Source: an uncultured virus (IMG/VR IMGVR_UViG_3300031758_000013)
Taxonomy: Duplodnaviria; Heunggongvirae; Uroviricota; Caudoviricetes
Reading direction: 5' to 3' (one strand)
Virus record (IMG/VR): IMGVR_UViG_3300031758_000013
Length of the DNA: 64,000 nucleotides
Positions 56,786-64,000 of this stretch are shown here, piece after piece (the stretch's first letter is position 1; the number at the start of each line of letters is the position of its first letter). The notes beneath the pieces were generated by a model that was not told where the DNA came from, did not search any database, and saw only the letters and a list, made by a program, of their open reading frames with translations. A program made the position numbers and the translations under genes.

Positions 56786-57637
56786 TTAAAACTCATTAAT
56801 ACTTTCGATAAGATTTTTAAGACGCTTCTCAATGAAATAATTGAAAAGTTTGCTGCGATCTTTTCCATTCTGAGCGACAAATTCTTCTTCGATACGATCA
56901 CGAAGATCTTCAGGAATGAAGTCAAGATCTACAAGTTGCTGGTTACGAAGATAACCACGAAGCATATGATCATCACAAAAATCTCGAGGATTCATAAGAA
57001 TCCACTGATCAAGCTTCTTTTGGCTGATGGGCTTTTGACGCGATCCGACGACAAAGGTATTATCATCAGAAAGAAAATTAGGTACTCCATCGCCAGTATC
57101 ACCACGCATAATATGTTCACGAACAAATCTATCTGGATCGTTAGTGATGCGCCACTTCTTTTGTACCGGATCATACTGCTTGACGTTATTATAACGCTGT
57201 AGTTGAACGAAATCCTTATCACCAGATAAGATCAAAATTGGCTCTGATGTATTACCAAACTTATGAACTAAAGTTCCGATGATATCATCGGCTTCAGCTC
57301 CATCGATCTGAATCACACGATATGGGAAATACTCCTTTAGTTCATCACGAACCTTATTTAGAGTATCAAAGATCTGAGACCAGTTAAGCTCAGACTTTTG
57401 TCGATTCTTACGACGATTAGCCTTATAGTAAGGAAAGATTTCACGTCGCCAGTTATTACCGGCATCACATGTAATAATCATTTCACCAAACTGATTCTTA
57501 AACTTCATGTTATATGAACGAATCGAATTCAGAATCATATGGCGAAGAAGATCTTCTTCGAGTTCAGTATTAGTATGGTTTCCAAGTTGGACCATTAGGT
57601 TAGAAATCATCACCTGAGACAGATCGACGATAATCAT
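56786..57637 (-). CDS. rnh: RNase H / 5'-3' exonuclease
   Basis: WRREIFPYYKANR, GAEADDIIG, ILSGDKDFVQL, GDTGDGVPN. Confidence 0.92.
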   Translation of the reverse strand: MIIVDLSQVMISNLMVQLGNHTNTELEEDLLRHMILNSIRSYNMKFKNQFGEMIITCDAGNNWRREIFPYYKANRRKNRQKSELNWSQIFDTLNKVRDELKEYFPYRVIQIDGAEADDIIGTLVHKFGNTSEPILILSGDKDFVQLQRYNNVKQYDPVQKKWRITNDPDRFVREHIMRGDTGDGVPNFLSDDNTFVVGSRQKPISQKKLDQWILMNPRDFCDDHMLRGYLRNQQLVDLDFIPEDLRDRIEEEFVAQNGKDRSKLFNYFIEKRLKNLIESINEF

Positions 57638-57643
57638 GATATA

Positions 57644-57997
57644 TTACTCTTCATCAGTTGTTGGAATTTTGTATGTGTATTCGACTGTACTATCTTCATT
57701 ATAACTAAAATCAAAAATATTGTCAACCATTTTATGAAAGGGATGTTCAAGACGATATTGTCTACTTATCATAGACTTAGTTGATTCCATAATCATTGCT
57801 ACATCTTTAATGAATTCATCAGAAGTAACATCAAGCCCATAAGAACCAAATAGATGAATGAACTCAGGAACGATGTCGGCCATGACTCCTTCCACATGAT
57901 CTTTTCGAGTCTGAGTTACTTTATCAACAATCTCTTCTACGGTCTGCGGAGGAGATTCGCGTTTAAATCCTGGAAATGGTATAACGTTATCTGTCAC
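57644..57997 (-). CDS. Hypothetical protein
   Basis: DNVIPFP N-terminus; coupled to the upstream gene. Confidence 0.6.
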   Translation of the reverse strand: MTDNVIPFPGFKRESPPQTVEEIVDKVTQTRKDHVEGVMADIVPEFIHLFGSYGLDVTSDEFIKDVAMIMESTKSMISRQYRLEHPFHKMVDNIFDFSYNEDSTVEYTYKIPTTDEE

Positions 57998-59085
57998 TTA
58001 ATAATCCTTAATAGAATACATTCTTGATTAATTCTACCATTAGGCTGACTTTCCGATGTCTTTATATTTGACATAAACGACCTCAGACCAACTCTGCCTG
58101 CTGACAAGAGTTCCGTCAGCGACTCTTCTGGCTTCCTTAGAGTCTTCGACATACTGGATTCTACATCCCAACCAGTAAGAGTCGTTCCCTTGACTTGAAT
58201 ACCCGCAGGACCCACTGCTAGATATTGAATCAGTTTCCGATATTTGGTGTTGTATACCCATAGTTGCTGGCACCCAATAATTTCTGCCGGATGAGCAGAG
58301 ACAATCTTAAGAGAAGGTTCTTCCTTCTGGTACTTCAGGTTCTTGACGAGATCAACAGCCGATTTAGCTTTCTTCTCACGCGGCTTACGAACCTTTACTA
58401 CCTTCTTGTTATTTAGGTAACGATCGATGTCAGCGAAGAAATTGTTCCAAAAATTAGTCCAAAACTTTTGGCGCTTACCATACGCTTCGTTTACTTGTTC
58501 ATCATTTGATAGAATCTCTTCTAACTGAGGACGATAGTGATCAGTAACAATATTTAAAATTTGAGGGTTGAGTTCATTGGCTTGGCAGAAGGTGTACATG
58601 GAGAATTCTTTACCATCCATGACCAGATCAAGCTCTTCTTCAATGTTGGTGATAATTGCATTAGCCTTATCACGAACACGAGCCTGAATATCTACTGGCT
58701 TAGCAGTATCTTCAACTTCTTCTTGCTTAACGCGTTCACCTTCAGCAAACAATAGGTCAAGCTGTTGATTAAAGAAGTTCATCGATGATTCTGAAAGTGT
58801 ATTGCCATTCATCATCATACGAGCCTGCCAACCAATAGTAGTTGGAATCTTGTACTTAGAGCAACGCTTTACAGCTTCAATTTGAGCCTTCTCAAAGCCA
58901 GACTTTTTCATGTGCTCAAGAAGCCAATCACGTGCCTTCTCATGATCATACATGTAATTATACCAGTTGAGCGCATGAGTTGTGTCAGTGACTACAACTG
59001 GTTCTGGACCATAGTGCTTCTCATCAATCGACTTAATAACCACACGAGACTTCTGCTTTGGTTTTGCTTTCAACTTAATAGCCAT
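57994..59085 (-). CDS. Conserved T4-like phage hypothetical protein
   Basis: ALNWYNY..LWVYNTKYRKL..VKGTTL..KTLRKPE..NGRIN. Confidence 0.7.
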   Translation of the reverse strand: MAIKLKAKPKQKSRVVIKSIDEKHYGPEPVVVTDTTHALNWYNYMYDHEKARDWLLEHMKKSGFEKAQIEAVKRCSKYKIPTTIGWQARMMMNGNTLSESSMNFFNQQLDLLFAEGERVKQEEVEDTAKPVDIQARVRDKANAIITNIEEELDLVMDGKEFSMYTFCQANELNPQILNIVTDHYRPQLEEILSNDEQVNEAYGKRQKFWTNFWNNFFADIDRYLNNKKVVKVRKPREKKAKSAVDLVKNLKYQKEEPSLKIVSAHPAEIIGCQQLWVYNTKYRKLIQYLAVGPAGIQVKGTTLTGWDVESSMSKTLRKPEESLTELLSAGRVGLRSFMSNIKTSESQPNGRINQECILLRIIK

Positions 59086-59209
59086 TAATAATCACCTTCT
59101 TCACACGACGAAAAGATCCCTTGCCCTTCTTAGCAGGAATCAGCTTAGATTTATGTACGCGACCAACTACTCGAGCGATCGGGTTTCTGTTTTTAAGTTC
59201 TACTTTCAT
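59075..59209 (-). CDS. ArfA-like ribosome rescue peptide (44 aa)
   Basis: MKVELKNRNPIARVVGRVHKSKLIPAKKGKGSFRRVKKVIINGY; KKGKGS[YF]xR is the ArfA core motif; absent from ORF track. Confidence 0.6.
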   Translation of the reverse strand: MKVELKNRNPIARVVGRVHKSKLIPAKKGKGSFRRVKKVIINGY

Positions 59210-59216
59210 AATATTC

Positions 59217-59245
59217 AATATATTATAGAACATAAAAAATGTCAA
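59217..59245 (-). promoter_or_regulatory. Early promoter, predicted to give a leaderless transcript
   Basis: TTGACA-17-TATATT, with 7 nt to the ATG at 59209. Confidence 0.65.
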
Positions 59246-59862
59246 CCACTATTTTTCGTGCGAAGATATTTTGCGATCATATGCATAATTGCTTGGTGCA
59301 CATCTTCAGTTGCTTCGTATTCATGAATATCTACATGAATAGAAATATCAGCTAACTCGCGAGCTTTGCCTCCATTAAATCCAGTCAGAGCAATAGTTTT
59401 CATCTTGAGTTCTTTTGCTTTTTCTAAAGCTTTTACAACGTTGGGTGAATTACCACTTGAAGAGATAGCCACTAAAATATCATCTGGTCTACCAAGCTTA
59501 TCTATCTGAAAGGAATAGACATCATCAAACGAGATATCATTGCCAATTGCAGTCATGAGTGGAATATTAGCAGCGAGTGAAATTACACGTGGCTTAAAGT
59601 TAAGACGAGAACATCCCTTTGTATAGTCACAGGCCCAGTGCTGAGCAATTGCAGCAGATGCGCCATTTCCAATTGTAAAGATATTATTATAATAGTGAGT
59701 GAGTGATGCGATATAGATTAGATCTGCCGCCTTTTGAACTTGCCGGCGATCTACAGAATCAAATCCATATTTGATAGTCTGAACGTGCTGATCATAGATA
59801 ATATCTAGAAGATTAATCTCTGTAGACAATTCTTGCTCCTTCGTGTGAAATACCCACATCAA
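59242..59862 (-). CDS. gmhA: Phosphoheptose isomerase (SIS domain)
   Basis: IGNGASAAIAQH..TAIGND..ISSSGNSPNVV..ALTGFNGG..EDVH. Confidence 0.85.
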   Translation of the reverse strand: MMWVFHTKEQELSTEINLLDIIYDQHVQTIKYGFDSVDRRQVQKAADLIYIASLTHYYNNIFTIGNGASAAIAQHWACDYTKGCSRLNFKPRVISLAANIPLMTAIGNDISFDDVYSFQIDKLGRPDDILVAISSSGNSPNVVKALEKAKELKMKTIALTGFNGGKARELADISIHVDIHEYEATEDVHQAIMHMIAKYLRTKNSG

Positions 59863-60763
59863 GACAGGTACGATCTGAGAACTCGTGTCGAATCTTTTCT
59901 TTAGATTCTGTGAGAGCTAGTATATAACCACCTCCACCAGCACCTAACAATTTAGCACCAAGTGCTTCTGCTTCTTTACACCGTTCATACATATTATCTA
60001 TATCGTTATTCGATATTTCATTACTCATTTGTTTCTTAAGAACCCAAGCAGAATTAAGAAGTCGACCGTATTCAAGTGGATTTACTTTTTGAGTGCCTTG
60101 CATCTCTGCTATACGAGCGAGTTCACGAATAGTAAAAGTCTTAGCTTCAAAATTAATACTATCTAAAATCTTAGATGCATGATGTTCCATATTTGTAGGA
60201 ATCAAAATCATATAGTTCTCGATACTATTCGAATCAAGGCGCTTTACATCAACTCTTCCTTGGCCAAGATCATTAGCGTACTCAATGTAGTTCATACCAC
60301 CAAATGCAGATGCAAACTGATCTTGCATGCCAATATTCCAGCCACACAAATCAATTTCAATATGGCATGCAGTTTTTGCTACTCCATATGGATTTATATA
60401 TTCATAACCAAGGTATGCACTGAGCGCCTTGACAAGAGCACACGCAAACGCTGACGATCCACCAAGACCATTTCCAATCGTCGGAATATCTGCAAATGAA
60501 GTGATTTCAATATTTGACTTAATACCAAAAAACTTGAGAGCATTACGAACAATATCGTTCTGAATATCTTCTACATTTGTCACAAGTTCTTGTTTTGAAT
60601 AAGATACTTTAATGTGTTTATGTGGTGTCTGCATGACTGCTACGTAGACATACTTATCAATAGCAGTAGAGATTGTAGCGCCACCCCATTGAGCAAAGTG
60701 AGTAGGAATATCACTACCCCCACCGAAAAAACTAACTCTGAGTGGTGCCTTGGATAAGATCAC
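59813..60763 (-). CDS. hddA: GHMP kinase, D-glycero-D-manno-heptose-7-phosphate kinase-like
   Basis: KAPLRVSFFGGGSD..ADIP..GLGGSSA..GMQDQ..GAKLLGAGGGGY. Confidence 0.85.
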   Translation of the reverse strand: MILSKAPLRVSFFGGGSDIPTHFAQWGGATISTAIDKYVYVAVMQTPHKHIKVSYSKQELVTNVEDIQNDIVRNALKFFGIKSNIEITSFADIPTIGNGLGGSSAFACALVKALSAYLGYEYINPYGVAKTACHIEIDLCGWNIGMQDQFASAFGGMNYIEYANDLGQGRVDVKRLDSNSIENYMILIPTNMEHHASKILDSINFEAKTFTIRELARIAEMQGTQKVNPLEYGRLLNSAWVLKKQMSNEISNNDIDNMYERCKEAEALGAKLLGAGGGGYILALTESKEKIRHEFSDRTCLDVGISHEGARIVYRD

Positions 60764-61787
60764 GGTGTTGTTCCTTTAATGATGCAATAAGACCCTTCCA
60801 CTTCGGCATAATTGATTCCCAAGAGAATCGAGTATCAGTATAAGTTTTAATAAAACTTAGAAGGTTTGTTAAGTCATTATTTTGTATGTTTTCAATAGCA
60901 TACATAAGAGTATGAGCGAAAATATTAGCATGAAGATTTTGATCTTCATGATCTCCATCATATTGTACTGTTAGACCACCACATGTATCAGAAAGAGCAG
61001 AGAAGTTAGGGTGAACAGCCAAACAACCAGCAGACATAGCCTCGATAAGAGATCTGCATGAGGTTTCAGGCCAGATACAAGGGTATGCAAAAATGTGTGC
61101 TCTTTGATATGCTGCACGAACTGTCTCCTGATCTGCCCAACCATGATAGTTAATTTGTGGGTGTTCTTTCATTCTCTTGAAGAGAGGTTCATATTGTTGA
61201 TCTCTGCTTTCCCAGCCTGGACCATAGATACCAAACGATGAGAAAACATCTAGTTCAATGTTTGGATACCGTTCAGCTAAAGCACAGAACACAGGAACTA
61301 GAATCTCTAGTCCACGATGAGGTGTGGATGTATAAATGAGACGTATCTTATCCTTTGGCTTTTCAACAAATGGAATTGGTTCAACACCAGTTTCAATAAC
61401 TGATGACTGATGACTATATGGAACTCCAAGATAGTCACGATACTGTTGATATTGCCAGTTGCTGCTAAAGACCAACTTATCAAAGCGTTCTCTTGAAGCC
61501 GGGTCTTTAAGATGTGCAGCTTCTGGGTCGAGAGGTAAATCGTGGAGATGATAGATCTTAATTCGGTTAGGATCAAGGTCGCGGACGCGAGCAGTGATAA
61601 TTTGAATACCATCGAGCTCTTCCCTTGTAAGTCGATTGAAGAGGCCTCGTGTGGTAAGTTCTGTTCCACCATTCGACTCCTTGTTGAGCTCATTCAATTC
61701 AATTAGATCTTCATTATTCATCAATATCTCCGATAAATTCACGGTCAGCAAGGAAGAAGTACTCTTTATCATTGAAAGCTTTATCAT
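60732..61787 (-). CDS. GT4-family glycosyltransferase
   Basis: GGTEL..LIYTSTPHRGL..AYPCIWPETSCRSLIEAMSAG; likely start near MNNEDL. Confidence 0.85.
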   Translation of the reverse strand: MIKLSMIKSTSSLLTVNLSEILMNNEDLIELNELNKESNGGTELTTRGLFNRLTREELDGIQIITARVRDLDPNRIKIYHLHDLPLDPEAAHLKDPASRERFDKLVFSSNWQYQQYRDYLGVPYSHQSSVIETGVEPIPFVEKPKDKIRLIYTSTPHRGLEILVPVFCALAERYPNIELDVFSSFGIYGPGWESRDQQYEPLFKRMKEHPQINYHGWADQETVRAAYQRAHIFAYPCIWPETSCRSLIEAMSAGCLAVHPNFSALSDTCGGLTVQYDGDHEDQNLHANIFAHTLMYAIENIQNNDLTNLLSFIKTYTDTRFSWESIMPKWKGLIASLKEQHRDLIQGTTQS

Positions 61788-62055
61788 CGATCCATATATC
61801 GTATGACGGCTTTCCTAGACGAACTTCGTGGAACTTGCATCCCCAGTCATTTAGTTGTTGGTTGGTAAGTTCGGTCCAGTCGATTCCCGACCCTGAACCA
61901 CGGGCAGTCCAATAGATGATGGTGTGCCCTTGATCGTATAGTTTATTTATCTCTTCGATACGATGATAGAATGGGATGGACATATCATAACGATGTACAT
62001 CATTGATCTTAGGTGTCAGACAAACAGTCTGGTCAATGTCTACCATATAGATCAT
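61714..62055 (-). CDS. HAD-family phosphatase
   Basis: DIDQT, WTARG, KP..IDDK. Confidence 0.75.
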   Translation of the reverse strand: MIYMVDIDQTVCLTPKINDVHRYDMSIPFYHRIEEINKLYDQGHTIIYWTARGSGSGIDWTELTNQQLNDWGCKFHEVRLGKPSYDIWIDDKAFNDKEYFFLADREFIGDIDE

Positions 62056-62372
62056 GGTTCTTCACTAAATCCAATAATCGAATCATAGCGGAATGAACGC
62101 CATCCCTGGGCTTCTACATCCCATACTGCTAAAACGTCTGGATTCGGAGTCTTCTTTTGTACCGCTTCTTCAATATCAGTCTGAGCTGGAAGAAGATCTG
62201 ATTTTAATGTACAAAGCATCTTACGCTCTGTACCATCTTTCTTTACAAAAATTACCTGAACGACGCTCTTATGAAGAGCTTCTTTTAAGTAATTATTCTG
62301 CCAGGAAGTGCTGCTCTGGTCTGTTGTAGTATTCAATGAGTTTGTCATAACCACCAACCTTATTTTCATCAA
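62052..62372 (-). CDS. SH3/Sm-like beta-barrel (WYL_2-like) protein
   Basis: FVKKDGTERKMLCTL..VWDVEAQGWRSFR. Confidence 0.7.
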   Translation of the reverse strand: MMKIRLVVMTNSLNTTTDQSSTSWQNNYLKEALHKSVVQVIFVKKDGTERKMLCTLKSDLLPAQTDIEEAVQKKTPNPDVLAVWDVEAQGWRSFRYDSIIGFSEEP

Positions 62373-62544
62373 TAATAATAAAAGGAACTGTCTTTACTTC
62401 TGGAAAGATACTAATGAATTCTTCTCTAGTCAAATCAACGCCAATCTTCATTTCTGTGTATGACTGTTGCTTAAGACTAAAGAAGTTTTTTGCCTGCACA
62501 CAATACGGACAATTGTCTTTTGTGTAAAGTACAATATTACTCAT
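62293..62544 (-). CDS. Glutaredoxin
   Basis: YTKDNCPYC..TVPFI..VGGY; probable start MSNIV at 62544. Confidence 0.85.
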   Translation of the reverse strand: MSNIVLYTKDNCPYCVQAKNFFSLKQQSYTEMKIGVDLTREEFISIFPEVKTVPFIIIDENKVGGYDKLIEYYNRPEQHFLAE

Positions 62545-62803
62545 CAGAACTCTTTCCTTTATAGAGATTAGATGTAGCGCGAGGATCGCCATAAACTTCA
62601 TTAGCGCGCTTCTTTACAAAGGGCATATTCTTAGAAATTCCACGAACGGTGATCCAAGGATTCAAGCCTTTCTTCCACGCAGCAATCTTATTCAACGCAC
62701 TTTCAATTCCAGCTCGAGCGCTCCGAGCTTCTTTAACACCATTCACAACAGATCTCCGCTGTGACTTCGAAGTCAGCGCCTTACGAATTTTCTTTTTACC
62801 CAT
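62537..62803 (-). CDS. Basic conserved hypothetical protein
   Basis: AWKKGLNPWITV..PFVK..YGDP. Confidence 0.6.
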   Translation of the reverse strand: MGKKKIRKALTSKSQRRSVVNGVKEARSARAGIESALNKIAAWKKGLNPWITVRGISKNMPFVKKRANEVYGDPRATSNLYKGKSSDE

Positions 62804-63354
62804 TATGTATTCTCCTTAGCAGCATTCCAACAATTACCATATCTACTCACGTGATTTAAACTATCATTTACGGCTCGATATACTGGCTCATGATTATAAT
62901 CATGTCCTGCAATAATACCACCCGGTTTAACTTTTGGTAACCATGCTGCAATATCTGCAACTACAGAATCATAGTCATGTGCAGCATCAATAAAAACAAA
63001 ATCAATACTGTTGTTAACATATGTGGCCGCGGCAGCTACACTTTCTGATTGAGTAACGTTATAATAACCTTCAACTGGCGACATGTTCGCTTTAAAAGCA
63101 TTATATAGTGTATTATTGATTACGTCTAGATCTCCAGATAATTCTTCACTTCCCAAAAAATTATCGATAGCATCAAAACGAATATCTTTACCACTATTAA
63201 TAATTTCAACAGCCATAAAGGAAGTCGATCGGCCTTTCCATGAACCAACTTCTACAAAGTGAGCTGGCGATGGTGACTGGCGAACAATATCAGAATAAAA
63301 GCTAAAATCAACTTCATTAAAATATCCTTCGACATTATTAGCAAAATGTTCCAT
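62803..63354 (-). CDS. Class I SAM methyltransferase (Methyltransf_24-like)
   Basis: VEVGSWKGRS..FVFIDAAHDY..WLPKVKPGGIIAGHDY. Confidence 0.85.
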   Translation of the reverse strand: MEHFANNVEGYFNEVDFSFYSDIVRQSPSPAHFVEVGSWKGRSTSFMAVEIINSGKDIRFDAIDNFLGSEELSGDLDVINNTLYNAFKANMSPVEGYYNVTQSESVAAAATYVNNSIDFVFIDAAHDYDSVVADIAAWLPKVKPGGIIAGHDYNHEPVYRAVNDSLNHVSRYGNCWNAAKENT

Positions 63355-63363
63355 TATGTATCC

Positions 63364-63459
63364 TTACTTTTTGTTTTTCCGACCATTACGGGCTTTGCGC
63401 TTTGTCGAACCAATTTTACGACGACCTTTACGAGGGCGATTCTTTGACGGATGTGGCAT
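63364..63459 (-). CDS. 31-aa Lys/Arg-rich peptide MPHPSKNRPRKGRRKIGSTKRKARNGRKNKK
   Basis: GAGGTG SD; promoter TTGACA-17-TATATA at 63520-63492; absent from ORF track. Confidence 0.6.
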   Translation of the reverse strand: MPHPSKNRPRKGRRKIGSTKRKARNGRKNKK

Positions 63460-63490
63460 TTTTCACCTCAGTTATAATATGTTATAAGTA

Positions 63491-63877
63491 TTATATAATA
63501 CTTTTCTCAATTAATGTCAACTCATTTTCTCTATCTATATACTTATACTCTACTTTAGTGGGATTCCATTCTTCAATAGCATCAAATACATCTTGAATAT
63601 TGAGTGCACTGCATGTGTATACGTCAAGTTGTGCTAGAGCAGGTTCTGCTTCATCCCAAACATGAAGAGCAATATGAGAAGTTTCGATAATAGTTACAGC
63701 AGTTAATCCTTGATTACCAACCATATCAGAATATACTGCATATGGACCCATAAGTATGTTCATGCCAATCTTATCGACGAGATTTCTCATCCAGTCTTTT
63801 ATTTCGTGTGGCAAATATGGAGGTTCGCTCAGCTCTGCTCTTACAATTAAATGCTTATGTTCTAATATCTTACCCAC
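63491..63877 (-). CDS. speD: S-adenosylmethionine decarboxylase
   Basis: KHLI..GLTAVTIIETSHIALHVW..QLDVYTC; probable GTG start at 63877. Confidence 0.85.
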   Translation of the reverse strand: MGKILEHKHLIVRAELSEPPYLPHEIKDWMRNLVDKIGMNILMGPYAVYSDMVGNQGLTAVTIIETSHIALHVWDEAEPALAQLDVYTCSALNIQDVFDAIEEWNPTKVEYKYIDRENELTLIEKSII

Positions 63878-63878
63878 C

Positions 63879-64000
63879 TCATAAAGTCTCCTGTTCGGGG
63901 TTAAAGAGTAGAGCCTTGACATGACTCGCTTGAATTTTACAACTTACCCAGTTATTGTAAAATTTTGGATCTAGTATTGCATCATGATCAAAAATATACT
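63879..64000 (-). CDS. C-terminal fragment of a conserved T4-like phage protein (possibly an endonuclease)
   Basis: ..AILDPKFYNNWVSCKIQASHVK..* read in from the window end. Confidence 0.4.
   Translation of the reverse strand, partial: YIFDHDAILDPKFYNNWVSCKIQASHVKALLFNPEQETL

Overview
This window comes from a large, AT-rich T4-like myophage genome. The host is probably an alphaproteobacterium, inferred from the alphaproteobacterial-type permuted tmRNA. 1-38.6 kb (mostly minus strand) holds tail-fibre/adhesin genes, including two Pro-free GFTGS collagen-like fibres, a divergent 1571-aa multi-domain glycosyl/methyltransferase, a DUF4815/VrlC-like pair and baseplate genes (gp8, gp7, gp6, gp25, gp5, hub, gp53, gp48). 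38.6-45.9 kb (plus strand) holds gp4, gp2, gp54, gp26, gp51 and two paralogous muralytic hub proteins. 45.9-64 kb (minus strand) holds gp32, gp59, gp33, a SleB hydrolase, tmRNA, small early genes, phoH, rnh, a heptose/glycosylation cluster, glutaredoxin and speD. The most striking item is a two-piece tmRNA whose intervening segment is expanded to 471 nt by an HNH endonuclease ORF. That ORF has its own late promoter inside an RBS-overlapping hairpin, and its stop codon lies inside the tmRNA coding piece, so tmRNA maturation would turn the HNH message into a non-stop mRNA. Also notable are an unannotated leaderless ArfA-like ORF, a structured leader with a hidden hydrophobic uORF before the SleB gene, a duplicated phoH 3' end and a candidate fibre-glycosylation system. 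All calls come from reading motifs by eye; no database searches were run.
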